Part shown: in pieces, positions 57,105 to 64,000 of the stretch
Numbering within the stretch: position 1 is the first letter of the stretch
How the letters are laid out: each line of letters begins with the position of its first letter
DNA from: a bacterium
Lineage (GTDB): Bacteria; Bacillota_I; Bacilli_A; RFN20; CAG-288
NCBI GenBank assembly: GCA_963612025.1
Contig: CAVDUB010000008.1
Coordinates: 4,602 to 68,601 of the forward strand
Length of the DNA: 64,000 nt
Reading direction: 5' to 3'
Notes under the pieces: generated by a model
What the model was told of the DNA's origin: nothing
Seen by the model: the letters and a program-made list of their open reading frames with translations, nothing else
The model's database searches: none
Made by a program: the position numbers and the translations under genes

Positions 57105-58607
57105 ATGCCATTCAATATGAAAGCGACCAAGAATGAGATGCCGACCCAGGCACCTGAGGTCCGCAAACATAATTTTGATGAAGTTGCCATCGGCTATACC
57201 AAAGAGATGGCTATCGATGAAGCCAAACGTTGTATGCAGTGCAAGAACCCGGGCTGTGTTCCAGGCTGCCCTGTCCATATTGACATTCCGGGATTCATCG
57301 CGGAAGTCGCTAAAGGTGATTTTGAAGCGGCCTATCAGGTTATTTCCAAATCTTCTTCTCTTCCGGCTGTTTGCGGAAGAGTCTGTCCACAGGAATCTCA
57401 GTGTGAAAAGAACTGTCTGAGAGCCAAGATGCCAGTCCGTGAAAAGGATGAGACAGGAAAATTGGTTGTCAAGGGTATGGGTGAGGCTGTCGGTATCGGC
57501 AGACTGGAAAGATATGTTGCCGACTATCACCGCATGAATGTCACTCCGACTGTTCCGGAAATTAAGAAGAATGGTCATAAGGTGGCTGTCATCGGTTCAG
57601 GTCCTTCTGGCCTTGCCTGCGCCTACGACCTTGCAAAAGACGGCTATGATGTTACCATCTTCGAAGCTTTGCATGTGGCGGGTGGTGTCTTGATGTATGG
57701 TATCCCTGAATTCCGTCTTCCTAAGGCTATCGTTCAGAACGAAGTCGAAGGCCTGAAGAGAATGGGCGTCAAAATCATGACCGACATGGTTGTCGGCCGT
57801 GTCATCTCGATTGACGAATTGATGAATGAATATCATTTCGAAGCCTGCTTTGTCGGGACAGGTGCCGGTTTGCCTCGCTTCCTTGGAATTCCAGGAGAAA
57901 ATGCCAAGGGTGTCTATTCTGCCAATGAATTCCTTACTAGAGTCAACCTTATGAAGGCCTATCAGGATGATTCGGAAACTCCGATTCAGCATGCCAAGAA
58001 TGTTGTTGTCGTCGGTGGCGGAAACGTTGCTATGGATGCTCTTCGTACTCCCCTTCGCTTAGGAGCGGAAAAGGTGACCTGCGTCTATCGTCGAAGCAAA
58101 GAAGAACTTCCAGCTAGAAAAGAAGAAGTCGAACATGCCGAACAGGAAGGCGTTATCTTCGATCTCTTACGTAATCCTGTCGAAATTTTGGAAGATCGCA
58201 CAGGTTCTCCATCTCCGAGAGCTGCGGATTTCAATCCGAATTATGGATCCGTCATCGGCATCAAGGTTCAGAAACAGAAACTGGGTGAACCGGATGCCAG
58301 CGGAAGAAGAAAACCAGTGCCAGTCACTATCGAGGAGGATCCGGAAGCCTTCTATACCATTCCATGCGATTGTGTCATCATCGCTATCGGAACATCGCCG
58401 AATCCACTCATCAAATCGACGACGCCTGGCATCGAAACAAATTCGCATGGCTGCCTCATCGTCAATGAAGAAACCAATGAGACAACCAAGGACGGTGTCT
58501 TCGCAGGTGGAGATGCAGTCACGGGTGCCGCAACGGTCATTCTTGCCATGGGTGCTGGACGCAAAGGTGCCAAATACATCGACGAATACATTAAAAATAA
58601 GAAGTAA
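57105..58607 (+). CDS. nfnB: GltD-like NADPH-dependent oxidoreductase subunit (NfnB-type / glutamate synthase small-chain homolog)
   Basis: ATG at 57105 follows a GGAGGG SD. Contains Fe-S motifs CMQCKNPGCVPGCP and CGRVCP, and dinucleotide folds VAVIGSGPSGLACA and VVVVGGGNVAMDA. Confidence 0.75.
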   Translation: MPFNMKATKNEMPTQAPEVRKHNFDEVAIGYTKEMAIDEAKRCMQCKNPGCVPGCPVHIDIPGFIAEVAKGDFEAAYQVISKSSSLPAVCGRVCPQESQCEKNCLRAKMPVREKDETGKLVVKGMGEAVGIGRLERYVADYHRMNVTPTVPEIKKNGHKVAVIGSGPSGLACAYDLAKDGYDVTIFEALHVAGGVLMYGIPEFRLPKAIVQNEVEGLKRMGVKIMTDMVVGRVISIDELMNEYHFEACFVGTGAGLPRFLGIPGENAKGVYSANEFLTRVNLMKAYQDDSETPIQHAKNVVVVGGGNVAMDALRTPLRLGAEKVTCVYRRSKEELPARKEEVEHAEQEGVIFDLLRNPVEILEDRTGSPSPRAADFNPNYGSVIGIKVQKQKLGEPDASGRRKPVPVTIEEDPEAFYTIPCDCVIIAIGTSPNPLIKSTTPGIETNSHGCLIVNEETNETTKDGVFAGGDAVTGAATVILAMGAGRKGAKYIDEYIKNKK

Positions 58608-58618
58608 GAACAAACATG

Positions 58619-58647
58619 ATAGGTGGGGTTATTCCCACCTATTTTTA
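58619..58647 (+). terminator. Terminator after nfnB
   Basis: ATAGGTGGG-gttatt-CCCACCTAT is followed by TTTTAT. Confidence 0.8.
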
Positions 58648-58660
58648 TAGGAACGAAATT

Positions 58661-58678
58661 ATGCAAATAATTTTGCAT
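58661..58678 (+). promoter_or_regulatory. Perfect inverted repeat ATGCAAA-TAAT-TTTGCAT (candidate MarR operator)
   Basis: 7-bp arms with a 4-bp spacer, 10 bp upstream of the putative -35 of the marR operon. A third half-site-like GCAAAT follows. Confidence 0.5.
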
Positions 58679-58687
58679 GCAAATCGT

Positions 58688-58716
58688 TTTCAAGTTTTTT
58701 TTCTTTTTGCTATAAT
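58688..58716 (+). promoter_or_regulatory. Putative sigma-A promoter of the marR-exonuclease-recU operon
   Basis: TTTCAA (58688-93), a 17-nt spacer, then TATAAT (58711-16). An AAGGAG SD precedes the ATG at 58737. Confidence 0.55.
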
Positions 58717-58736
58717 GAAGAAAAAGGAGATATCCT

Positions 58737-59201
58737 ATGAGTGAAAACATCGAAAACCTACAGGCTGATATCGAAAAATTGATGGGATATGTAAATGCCA
58801 TCCGAAATAATGGGGGATTGGATATCTTTTCTGGTCTTTTCCAGACTGATTATCGAATCGTCACTTATCTTTCAACCCATCCGGATGCCCATCCTTCGGA
58901 TATCGCTGAGGAACTCAATGTCACAAGACCGAATGTCGCAGCCAATCTTCGGCTTCTGGAACAGAAGAAGCACATCGTCCGTGTTGTCGACGAAGAGAAT
59001 CGAAGACAGGTCTATGTGAATCTGACGGATGAGGGAAGAGAATATCTCAAAAAATGTGATGATCAGCTTCATTTTCTTTTTGCTGGATGGTTTCAGCTTT
59101 TGGGAAAAGAGGAGACAAAGCACCTTTTGAAGATTTTGGAAATCTCGGCTTCGCCTGATGCGATTTCGCCGGATATCAAAGAGATGGTCGTAGGTCATTA
59201 A
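58737..59201 (+). CDS. MarR family transcriptional regulator
   Basis: 154 aa with a winged HTH (PSDIAEELNVTRPNVAANLRLLEQKKHIVRVVDEENRRQVYVNLTDEGREYL). Confidence 0.85.
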   Translation: MSENIENLQADIEKLMGYVNAIRNNGGLDIFSGLFQTDYRIVTYLSTHPDAHPSDIAEELNVTRPNVAANLRLLEQKKHIVRVVDEENRRQVYVNLTDEGREYLKKCDDQLHFLFAGWFQLLGKEETKHLLKILEISASPDAISPDIKEMVVGH

Positions 59202-59202
59202 G

Positions 59203-59931
59203 ATGTCTTTTCCTGTACTTCATAAATTTCTAGATGGTTCAGACTTGGTTGTGTTCCTCGATTTTGAAGGAACACAATTTTCTCATAAAGTGATTTCGAT
59301 CGGTCTTATAGCCTGCAAGAAGGAAAAGGATTCGCTTCTTTTTGATGTCCGGAATCCCATGCGATACCAACGCTATATCCAGACAAGTGACCCACTTGGT
59401 CCGATTGTTGAAGAGATGACGAAAATCAATCCGGATTTGCTTCGTGAAAAAGGAATTCCTCTTCATCAGGCAATTCTGGAAATGACCAAGATGCTTCGCC
59501 CCTATAAGAAGAAATTCATCTGCTATGGCAGTCTTGACATGAAGATGATGCATCTTTCCATCGACGAGAAAAATCAAACGGAATCCGATTTCTTCAAGAA
59601 TATGGTAAAGAATCATCTTGATTTCCATTCCTATCTCGAACGGAGAATCACAAATGAGAAAGGGCAGTCCTATTCCATTGAAAAACTGCTTTCTCTTTTT
59701 TCTCTTTCCTCGGAGGGAAATTTTCATGATTCCTTGACGGACGCTTATGATCTCATGAAAATTTTTTCTTCGTTTGTTTCTGATGAAGAAAAAGCAGTCG
59801 AACTGTTCCTTAGGAATTATAAAAAGAATCCCTATACGTCTAAAATCGACAAGGAAATCGTCTCTCGGCTACTCGATAAAGGAGAAGTGAATCTGGCTGA
59901 CTTAAAAAAGATTCTCAAGGAGAAACTATGA
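59203..59931 (+). CDS. DEDDh 3'-5' exonuclease (KapD-like)
   Basis: 242 aa. Exo I is VVFLDFEGT, Exo II is CYGSLDMKMM, and Exo III is HDSLTDAYD. Confidence 0.75.
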   Translation: MSFPVLHKFLDGSDLVVFLDFEGTQFSHKVISIGLIACKKEKDSLLFDVRNPMRYQRYIQTSDPLGPIVEEMTKINPDLLREKGIPLHQAILEMTKMLRPYKKKFICYGSLDMKMMHLSIDEKNQTESDFFKNMVKNHLDFHSYLERRITNEKGQSYSIEKLLSLFSLSSEGNFHDSLTDAYDLMKIFSSFVSDEEKAVELFLRNYKKNPYTSKIDKEIVSRLLDKGEVNLADLKKILKEKL

Positions 59932-60557
59932 AAATCATCAATTATCCAGATGGAAGAAAACTTGTCATCGACGAGAAAAGGAAGGATTGTGTTGACCATC
60001 GAAAAACGGAAAACAAGACGGAAGCTCAGAGAATAAGAGAATCCATGATAAAGTCGAATATGGGTATGGCTTTCGAGGCGGACGTCACAAAGTCCTGCGA
60101 TTTTTATCGTGAGCAGAACAAAGCAGACATCTATAAGAGACCGACACCGATCAAGGTTGTCAAGATGAGCAAGACGCATCCTGGCATGATTGAGGAGGCT
60201 TATTTCGAAGAAAAATCCACAACGGACTATGTCGGCATCTACAAAGGGAAATATATCGATTTCGAATGCAAGGAAACGATTCATGATCAGATTCCCTATA
60301 AGATGATCCGTGAACAGCAATATCGACATCTCGAATCTATCCTTTCCTATGGCGGAATCGGATTTTTCCTCGTTTCGTTCAAAAGAGCTCAAGAGGTCTA
60401 CCTTCTTCCAGCCTCCATCATCCTGAATGAGGTCAAAGAAAAAGGACACGTTGGCTTCAAGAGGGAATTCTTTATCCAAAACGGTGTCCTTGTTGAGCAA
60501 AGCTATCTTCCGCCGTATAAGTTGCTTGACGCAATCGATAAGGCGTTCGGGCTTTGA
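59928..60557 (+). CDS. recU: Holliday junction resolvase RecU
   Basis: 209 aa with GMAFEADVTKSCDFY..., TDYVGIYKGKYIDFECKET, typical of RecU. Its start overlaps the upstream stop. Confidence 0.85.
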   Translation: MKIINYPDGRKLVIDEKRKDCVDHRKTENKTEAQRIRESMIKSNMGMAFEADVTKSCDFYREQNKADIYKRPTPIKVVKMSKTHPGMIEEAYFEEKSTTDYVGIYKGKYIDFECKETIHDQIPYKMIREQQYRHLESILSYGGIGFFLVSFKRAQEVYLLPASIILNEVKEKGHVGFKREFFIQNGVLVEQSYLPPYKLLDAIDKAFGL

Positions 60558-60562
60558 TTTTT

Positions 60563-62029
60563 TTATTTTTTCTTCTTATTTTTGTCTTTGTAAACTTTCT
60601 TGGCGGCTTTCTGAATCTTCTTTTTGGCAGCTTTTCTCTGCTTTTTGTTGGAATGCTTGATCAGCATGACCATGATAAGAATGACAAGGATCAAAAGAAC
60701 CGCGGCAAAGACGATGATGAGAATATAGGTTTGCTTGGGCGTAAGGTTGAAGAGAGTGAAATCTCCGCTTTGGGTCGAGGAACTATTATTTGACTGGGAA
60801 GAAGAACTGTCTGGCTGAGCAGATGATGTGTCTTTCTCTGTCGTTCCAGAGTCTGAAGAATCCTTATTGTACCCGATAAGTGTTGGGCCTTTTTCTTTTG
60901 AGGCGTCATAGACATAACTTGCATCATAGACTCTTCTTGCCCATTCCGGATGGTCGATATAGGGGTTTCGATTATCTTGGATGTTCTTATAGATGAGATT
61001 GTTTCGATGAATCTCATAATCCGAAACGGGGTCTTCCTCATTCCATTTCAAAAGGGTGGAAAGATTGTATTGTACGCCATGGAAAATCTTATTGCTGTCG
61101 TCTCTGTCTGCATCGTCATCCGTATAACTCTTATCATCCGTCAGGTAAAGATAGGGTTCTTCCTGGCTGTTCTTATCGAGCTTGACACTATATCTTGTTC
61201 CCATATAGAGAAGACATCTTGCGACATCCCCTTTCCATTCGTCGGTGGGTTCAAAAGTATCATTGGTCGTATCGAGCCAACCGGAAATCTCCTGGGTGCC
61301 GTCGGCGAGATAGTTCTTTATGAGGGTCGCTGTGGAATGATCGACCTCACCAAAGAAATGGTCGTTGTGACCTTGCGAGTTCGTGTTGTGGTCAGCAGCG
61401 ACTAGATGATGCAAATCAGTCCAGGCACCTTTTGTTTCGATATCCTTGCCAGAGGAGTCCTTCAATTTGAATCCATGGTTCTTGGCCCACATATGTTCCT
61501 TGTCGACCTGAATCATATTTGATGGCTTCTTCTTGTTTTCATAATCGATGGCTGTGAGAGACGAATCCGTCTTGAATCCGCTATTGATATAATTCGAATA
61601 GGCTTTCGTGATATCGTTGTTGGCATGATCGCTGATATAGGCGTTGTAAAGATAATAGGTATTATCCTTCGTCAAGGTGAAATTCTCGGGGGTCACGCTT
61701 GCGGAAATCTTCCAGTTCCGATCTGTCAGTTTATACCAATCGGAAACCTGGGAATAGGTGAGAAAATAGTTCTTGCCGTCTGTGTCATCCGCTTTGTGCG
61801 TGGCGATTTTCGAATAGAGATAGACTTTCAGTTCATCGCCTGTCTTGGTTTGGACATCACCATAATAGGTGTTGATTTCCGTTGCGGTGGAATCGGAGAA
61901 ATCCAGCATGACAGATTTGTTGTAATATTTTCCGAGACTGAACGTATTTGCTTTCTTTGTCGGGCTGGTTGTGAAGGAGAAAGAAAGCAGACATGGGACA
62001 AAAGAAAAGATTTTCAGAATTTTATGCAT
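60563..62029 (-). CDS. Endonuclease I family extracellular nuclease, C-terminally membrane-anchored
   Basis: I start at ATG 62029 (MHKILKIFSFVPCLLSFSF..., a signal peptide). Endonuclease-I-type motifs are DKEHMWAKNHGF, LHHLVAADHNTNSQGHNDHFFGEV and GDVARCLLYMGTRY. These are followed by a Ser-rich linker, one TM (ILIIVFAAVLLILVILIMVML) and a Lys-rich tail. Confidence 0.8.
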   Translation of the reverse strand: MHKILKIFSFVPCLLSFSFTTSPTKKANTFSLGKYYNKSVMLDFSDSTATEINTYYGDVQTKTGDELKVYLYSKIATHKADDTDGKNYFLTYSQVSDWYKLTDRNWKISASVTPENFTLTKDNTYYLYNAYISDHANNDITKAYSNYINSGFKTDSSLTAIDYENKKKPSNMIQVDKEHMWAKNHGFKLKDSSGKDIETKGAWTDLHHLVAADHNTNSQGHNDHFFGEVDHSTATLIKNYLADGTQEISGWLDTTNDTFEPTDEWKGDVARCLLYMGTRYSVKLDKNSQEEPYLYLTDDKSYTDDDADRDDSNKIFHGVQYNLSTLLKWNEEDPVSDYEIHRNNLIYKNIQDNRNPYIDHPEWARRVYDASYVYDASKEKGPTLIGYNKDSSDSGTTEKDTSSAQPDSSSSQSNNSSSTQSGDFTLFNLTPKQTYILIIVFAAVLLILVILIMVMLIKHSNKKQRKAAKKKIQKAAKKVYKDKNKKKK

Positions 62030-62134
62030 GATTGTAAATGGATTTTGCCTTTCTAGTAAATAGTATAGATGGTAAAGCACTTTATTTGATCAAAAAATTG
62101 ATTTGCAAAACCGCTTTTTCTAAAATGGTTAGGT

Positions 62135-62986
62135 ATGAAAATGAACAAGAATGTAAACGACCGTTATTTGATTGTTTTTGATTTGGACGGGACATTGCTC
62201 GACAGCGAAAAGAAGATTCAGCCAAAAACGCAGAAGATCATTTCTTATCTTCGAAAAAAGGGAAACATTGTTTCCATCGCCAGTGGAAGGCCTGGAAGAT
62301 CCGTCAAGGAATATTCCGACTTCCTTTCTCTGGATGGACCCTATGCCGGATATAACGGAGCATTGATTGAAGATCCTTATGACCGTGATTTCAAGACTAT
62401 CTATAAGGTGATCAGGAAGGAATGTCTTCTTGATTTTCTTTCTCACTTTAAGGAATCTTCCTTCGACAATCTCATGATCGAGGATGAAATCAATCAATAT
62501 TATCTCCATGAGAATGAAGACTATGTGAATTTCTTTCATCCAGAGGGGATGAAAATTCATATTGGAAGCGTGCTTGAAAATCTCAAAGGGGATGTGAGAA
62601 CCTGCGTCATGAAAATCAAAGACCCCGCAATGAAGAATGAGATGAAGAAATATCTCGAGTCGATTGTCACAGGCATGTCAATCCGCTGGTGGGCCGATAC
62701 GGATGCCTTTGGCGAATTCGTCTTCGATGATACGAACAAGTCGACGGCTGTGAATTATCTGTCTTCCTATTATGGAATCAACAATGAGCATGTCATCTGC
62801 TTTGGCGATGCAATGAACGATGAAGCGATGATTAAAAATGCCGGCGTCTCCTATGCGATGAAAAACGGAGATGAAAGGCTCAAGGAAATCGCTCGCTTTA
62901 TCACACCCGAAGATAACGACCATGAAGGAATCTATTATGCTTTGCTTGATTTCTTCCATCTGAAGGAAGAGGAAATCTATGGATAG
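62135..62986 (+). CDS. Cof-type HAD-IIB family hydrolase
   Basis: 283 aa with motif I VFDLDGTLL and motif IV FGDAMNDEAM. Confidence 0.85.
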   Translation: MKMNKNVNDRYLIVFDLDGTLLDSEKKIQPKTQKIISYLRKKGNIVSIASGRPGRSVKEYSDFLSLDGPYAGYNGALIEDPYDRDFKTIYKVIRKECLLDFLSHFKESSFDNLMIEDEINQYYLHENEDYVNFFHPEGMKIHIGSVLENLKGDVRTCVMKIKDPAMKNEMKKYLESIVTGMSIRWWADTDAFGEFVFDDTNKSTAVNYLSSYYGINNEHVICFGDAMNDEAMIKNAGVSYAMKNGDERLKEIARFITPEDNDHEGIYYALLDFFHLKEEEIYG

Positions 62987-62989
62987 AAA

Positions 62990-63046
62990 AAGGAACTGAG
63001 ACGTTTTTCGGCCAATTGGTCAAAAGCGGTTCAGTTCCTATTTTTA
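62990..63046. terminator. Long imperfect hairpin acting as a bidirectional terminator between cof and the phosphohexomutase gene
   Basis: Outer stem AGGAACTGA (62991-99)/TCAGTTCCT (63031-39) has a partly self-complementary interior. T-runs are present on both strands. Confidence 0.65.
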
Positions 63047-63141
63047 GTTCGCGATGAAGGAAGGATGAGGGATTCTTAATGAATCGATCACCTTCTTCGA
63101 ATTTCTGTTTTGCGTGCTGAAAGTGTTTTTAGAAGGATATC

Positions 63142-64000
63142 TTAGGCTAAATGCATGATGGCCTTGAGTTCATCGGCCATCTTCTTGGCTTCTTCCTTGG
63201 CGATTTCATCTTCCTTGACGATTTCGATATAGAATTTCACTTTCGGTTCTGTTCCGCTTGGACGGATGCAGAGGAAGGATTCATCTTCGAAATCGAATCT
63301 CAGACAATTCGTCTTATCGATATCGGGCAAATCCATATCCTTTGTGGAATGATTTTCGAAATCGATAATCTTTCTATTGAGATAATCAGACATGGTCTTG
63401 ACTTTCTTTCCAGCCAATGTGGAGAAAGGATTGTTGCGGACATTGGAGATTTCCTCATTCATCTTGTCAAGAGAACCGGCTCCCTTGAAGTAGATGTTGA
63501 CCTGGGTGTCATAATAGTGACCTGTCTTCTTATCGAGTTCCTTTAAGGCAATATCCAATGTCTTTCCCTGGCGGAGATAGAATTCACACATATCTGCAAT
63601 GGCGATAATGGACTGTAGGGAATCCTTGTCGCGGATGAAATCAGCCAAAAGGTAGCCGTAGGATTCTTCGTATCCGAAGAGGTATTTGTCACCCTCCTCT
63701 GGCATTCTCGAAGCCATATCTCCGATGTATTTGAAGCCTGTGGCAGTGGTTCTGACTTTGATATTGTACAACTTGGCAGCCTTGGCACCCTGGGCACCTG
63801 TGACGAATGTATTGCAGATGCATCCATTGGAAGGAAGTAAGCTTCTTCTATCGAGTGTGCCTAAAACATAGTCAATCAAGAGTGCACCCGTCTGGTTGCC
63901 TGTGAAGCGCTGCAGTTCCCCCTTGGAATTGATGAAGGCGATGCCCATGCGGTCGGCATCCGGGTCGGTTGCCATGATGAGATTGAACTTTCCGCCCTTG
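63142..64000 (-). CDS. Phosphoglucomutase/phosphomannomutase family protein, C-terminal part (5' end beyond the window)
   Basis: The reading frame is open to the window end. It carries the metal-binding loop ATDPDADRMG and the domain-IV phosphate loop IRPSGTEPKVKFY. Confidence 0.88.
   Translation of the reverse strand, partial: KGGKFNLIMATDPDADRMGIAFINSKGELQRFTGNQTGALLIDYVLGTLDRRSLLPSNGCICNTFVTGAQGAKAAKLYNIKVRTTATGFKYIGDMASRMPEEGDKYLFGYEESYGYLLADFIRDKDSLQSIIAIADMCEFYLRQGKTLDIALKELDKKTGHYYDTQVNIYFKGAGSLDKMNEEISNVRNNPFSTLAGKKVKTMSDYLNRKIIDFENHSTKDMDLPDIDKTNCLRFDFEDESFLCIRPSGTEPKVKFYIEIVKEDEIAKEEAKKMADELKAIMHLA

Noticed and set aside
1-64000. Possibility of a Mollicute-type genetic code (UGA=Trp), given the low-GC, Mycoplasma-like surface-protein style.
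   Set aside because: All conserved genes are full-length under the standard code. TGA terminates several of them at the expected place (DJ-1 at 4946-48, miaB at 48100-02, the RR at 29307-09), and Trp is encoded by TGG.
1-64000. Search for CRISPR arrays, IS elements, integrases, phage or plasmid genes, toxin-antitoxin pairs and known defence systems.
   Set aside because: I saw no repeat-spacer periodicity, terminal inverted repeats, or recombinase, transposase or RT-like ORFs. Every ORF above ~100 aa that is not an antisense shadow or a start-codon extension has a plausible housekeeping or transport assignment.

Overview
This window looks like the chromosomal core of a low-GC Gram-positive bacterium (Bacillota). 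It reads cleanly with the standard genetic code: TGA is used as a stop and nothing suggests UGA=Trp. I call 54 protein-coding genes (two are cut by the window edges), one RNase P RNA, one T-box leader, two CIRCE operators, several promoters or operators, and about a dozen rho-independent terminators. Most of the content is conserved housekeeping with Bacillus-like gene order. Conserved blocks are hrcA-grpE-dnaK-dnaJ; comEA-comEC-coaX-pepV-trmB; gpsB-rnpB-pgsA-cinA-recA; rny-ymdB; spoVS-miaB-ymcA; and mutS-mutL-miaA-fhs-folD. Other core genes are metNIQ, the agmatine-to-putrescine genes aguA/aguB, fbp (class 3), NfnAB-like genes and recU. The accessory-looking parts are (i) an AgrC/LytTR-type two-component system next to a membrane-anchored GH3 glycosidase, (ii) a coupled pair of large NBD-FtsX fused ABC proteins, (iii) a uridine-kinase-like/CYTH fusion protein, and (iv) a membrane-anchored endonuclease-I-family nuclease. 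I saw no tRNA or rRNA, no CRISPR array, no transposase, integrase or phage genes, and no defence system I recognise. I could not identify a convincing wholly new system. The best candidates for follow-up are the ABC pair (35045-39834), the TCS-GH3 module with its phased promoter repeat (27853-30059), and the unexplained 407-bp gap upstream of spoVS. All calls come from reading ORF translations and the DNA by eye; no searches or folding calculations were run.
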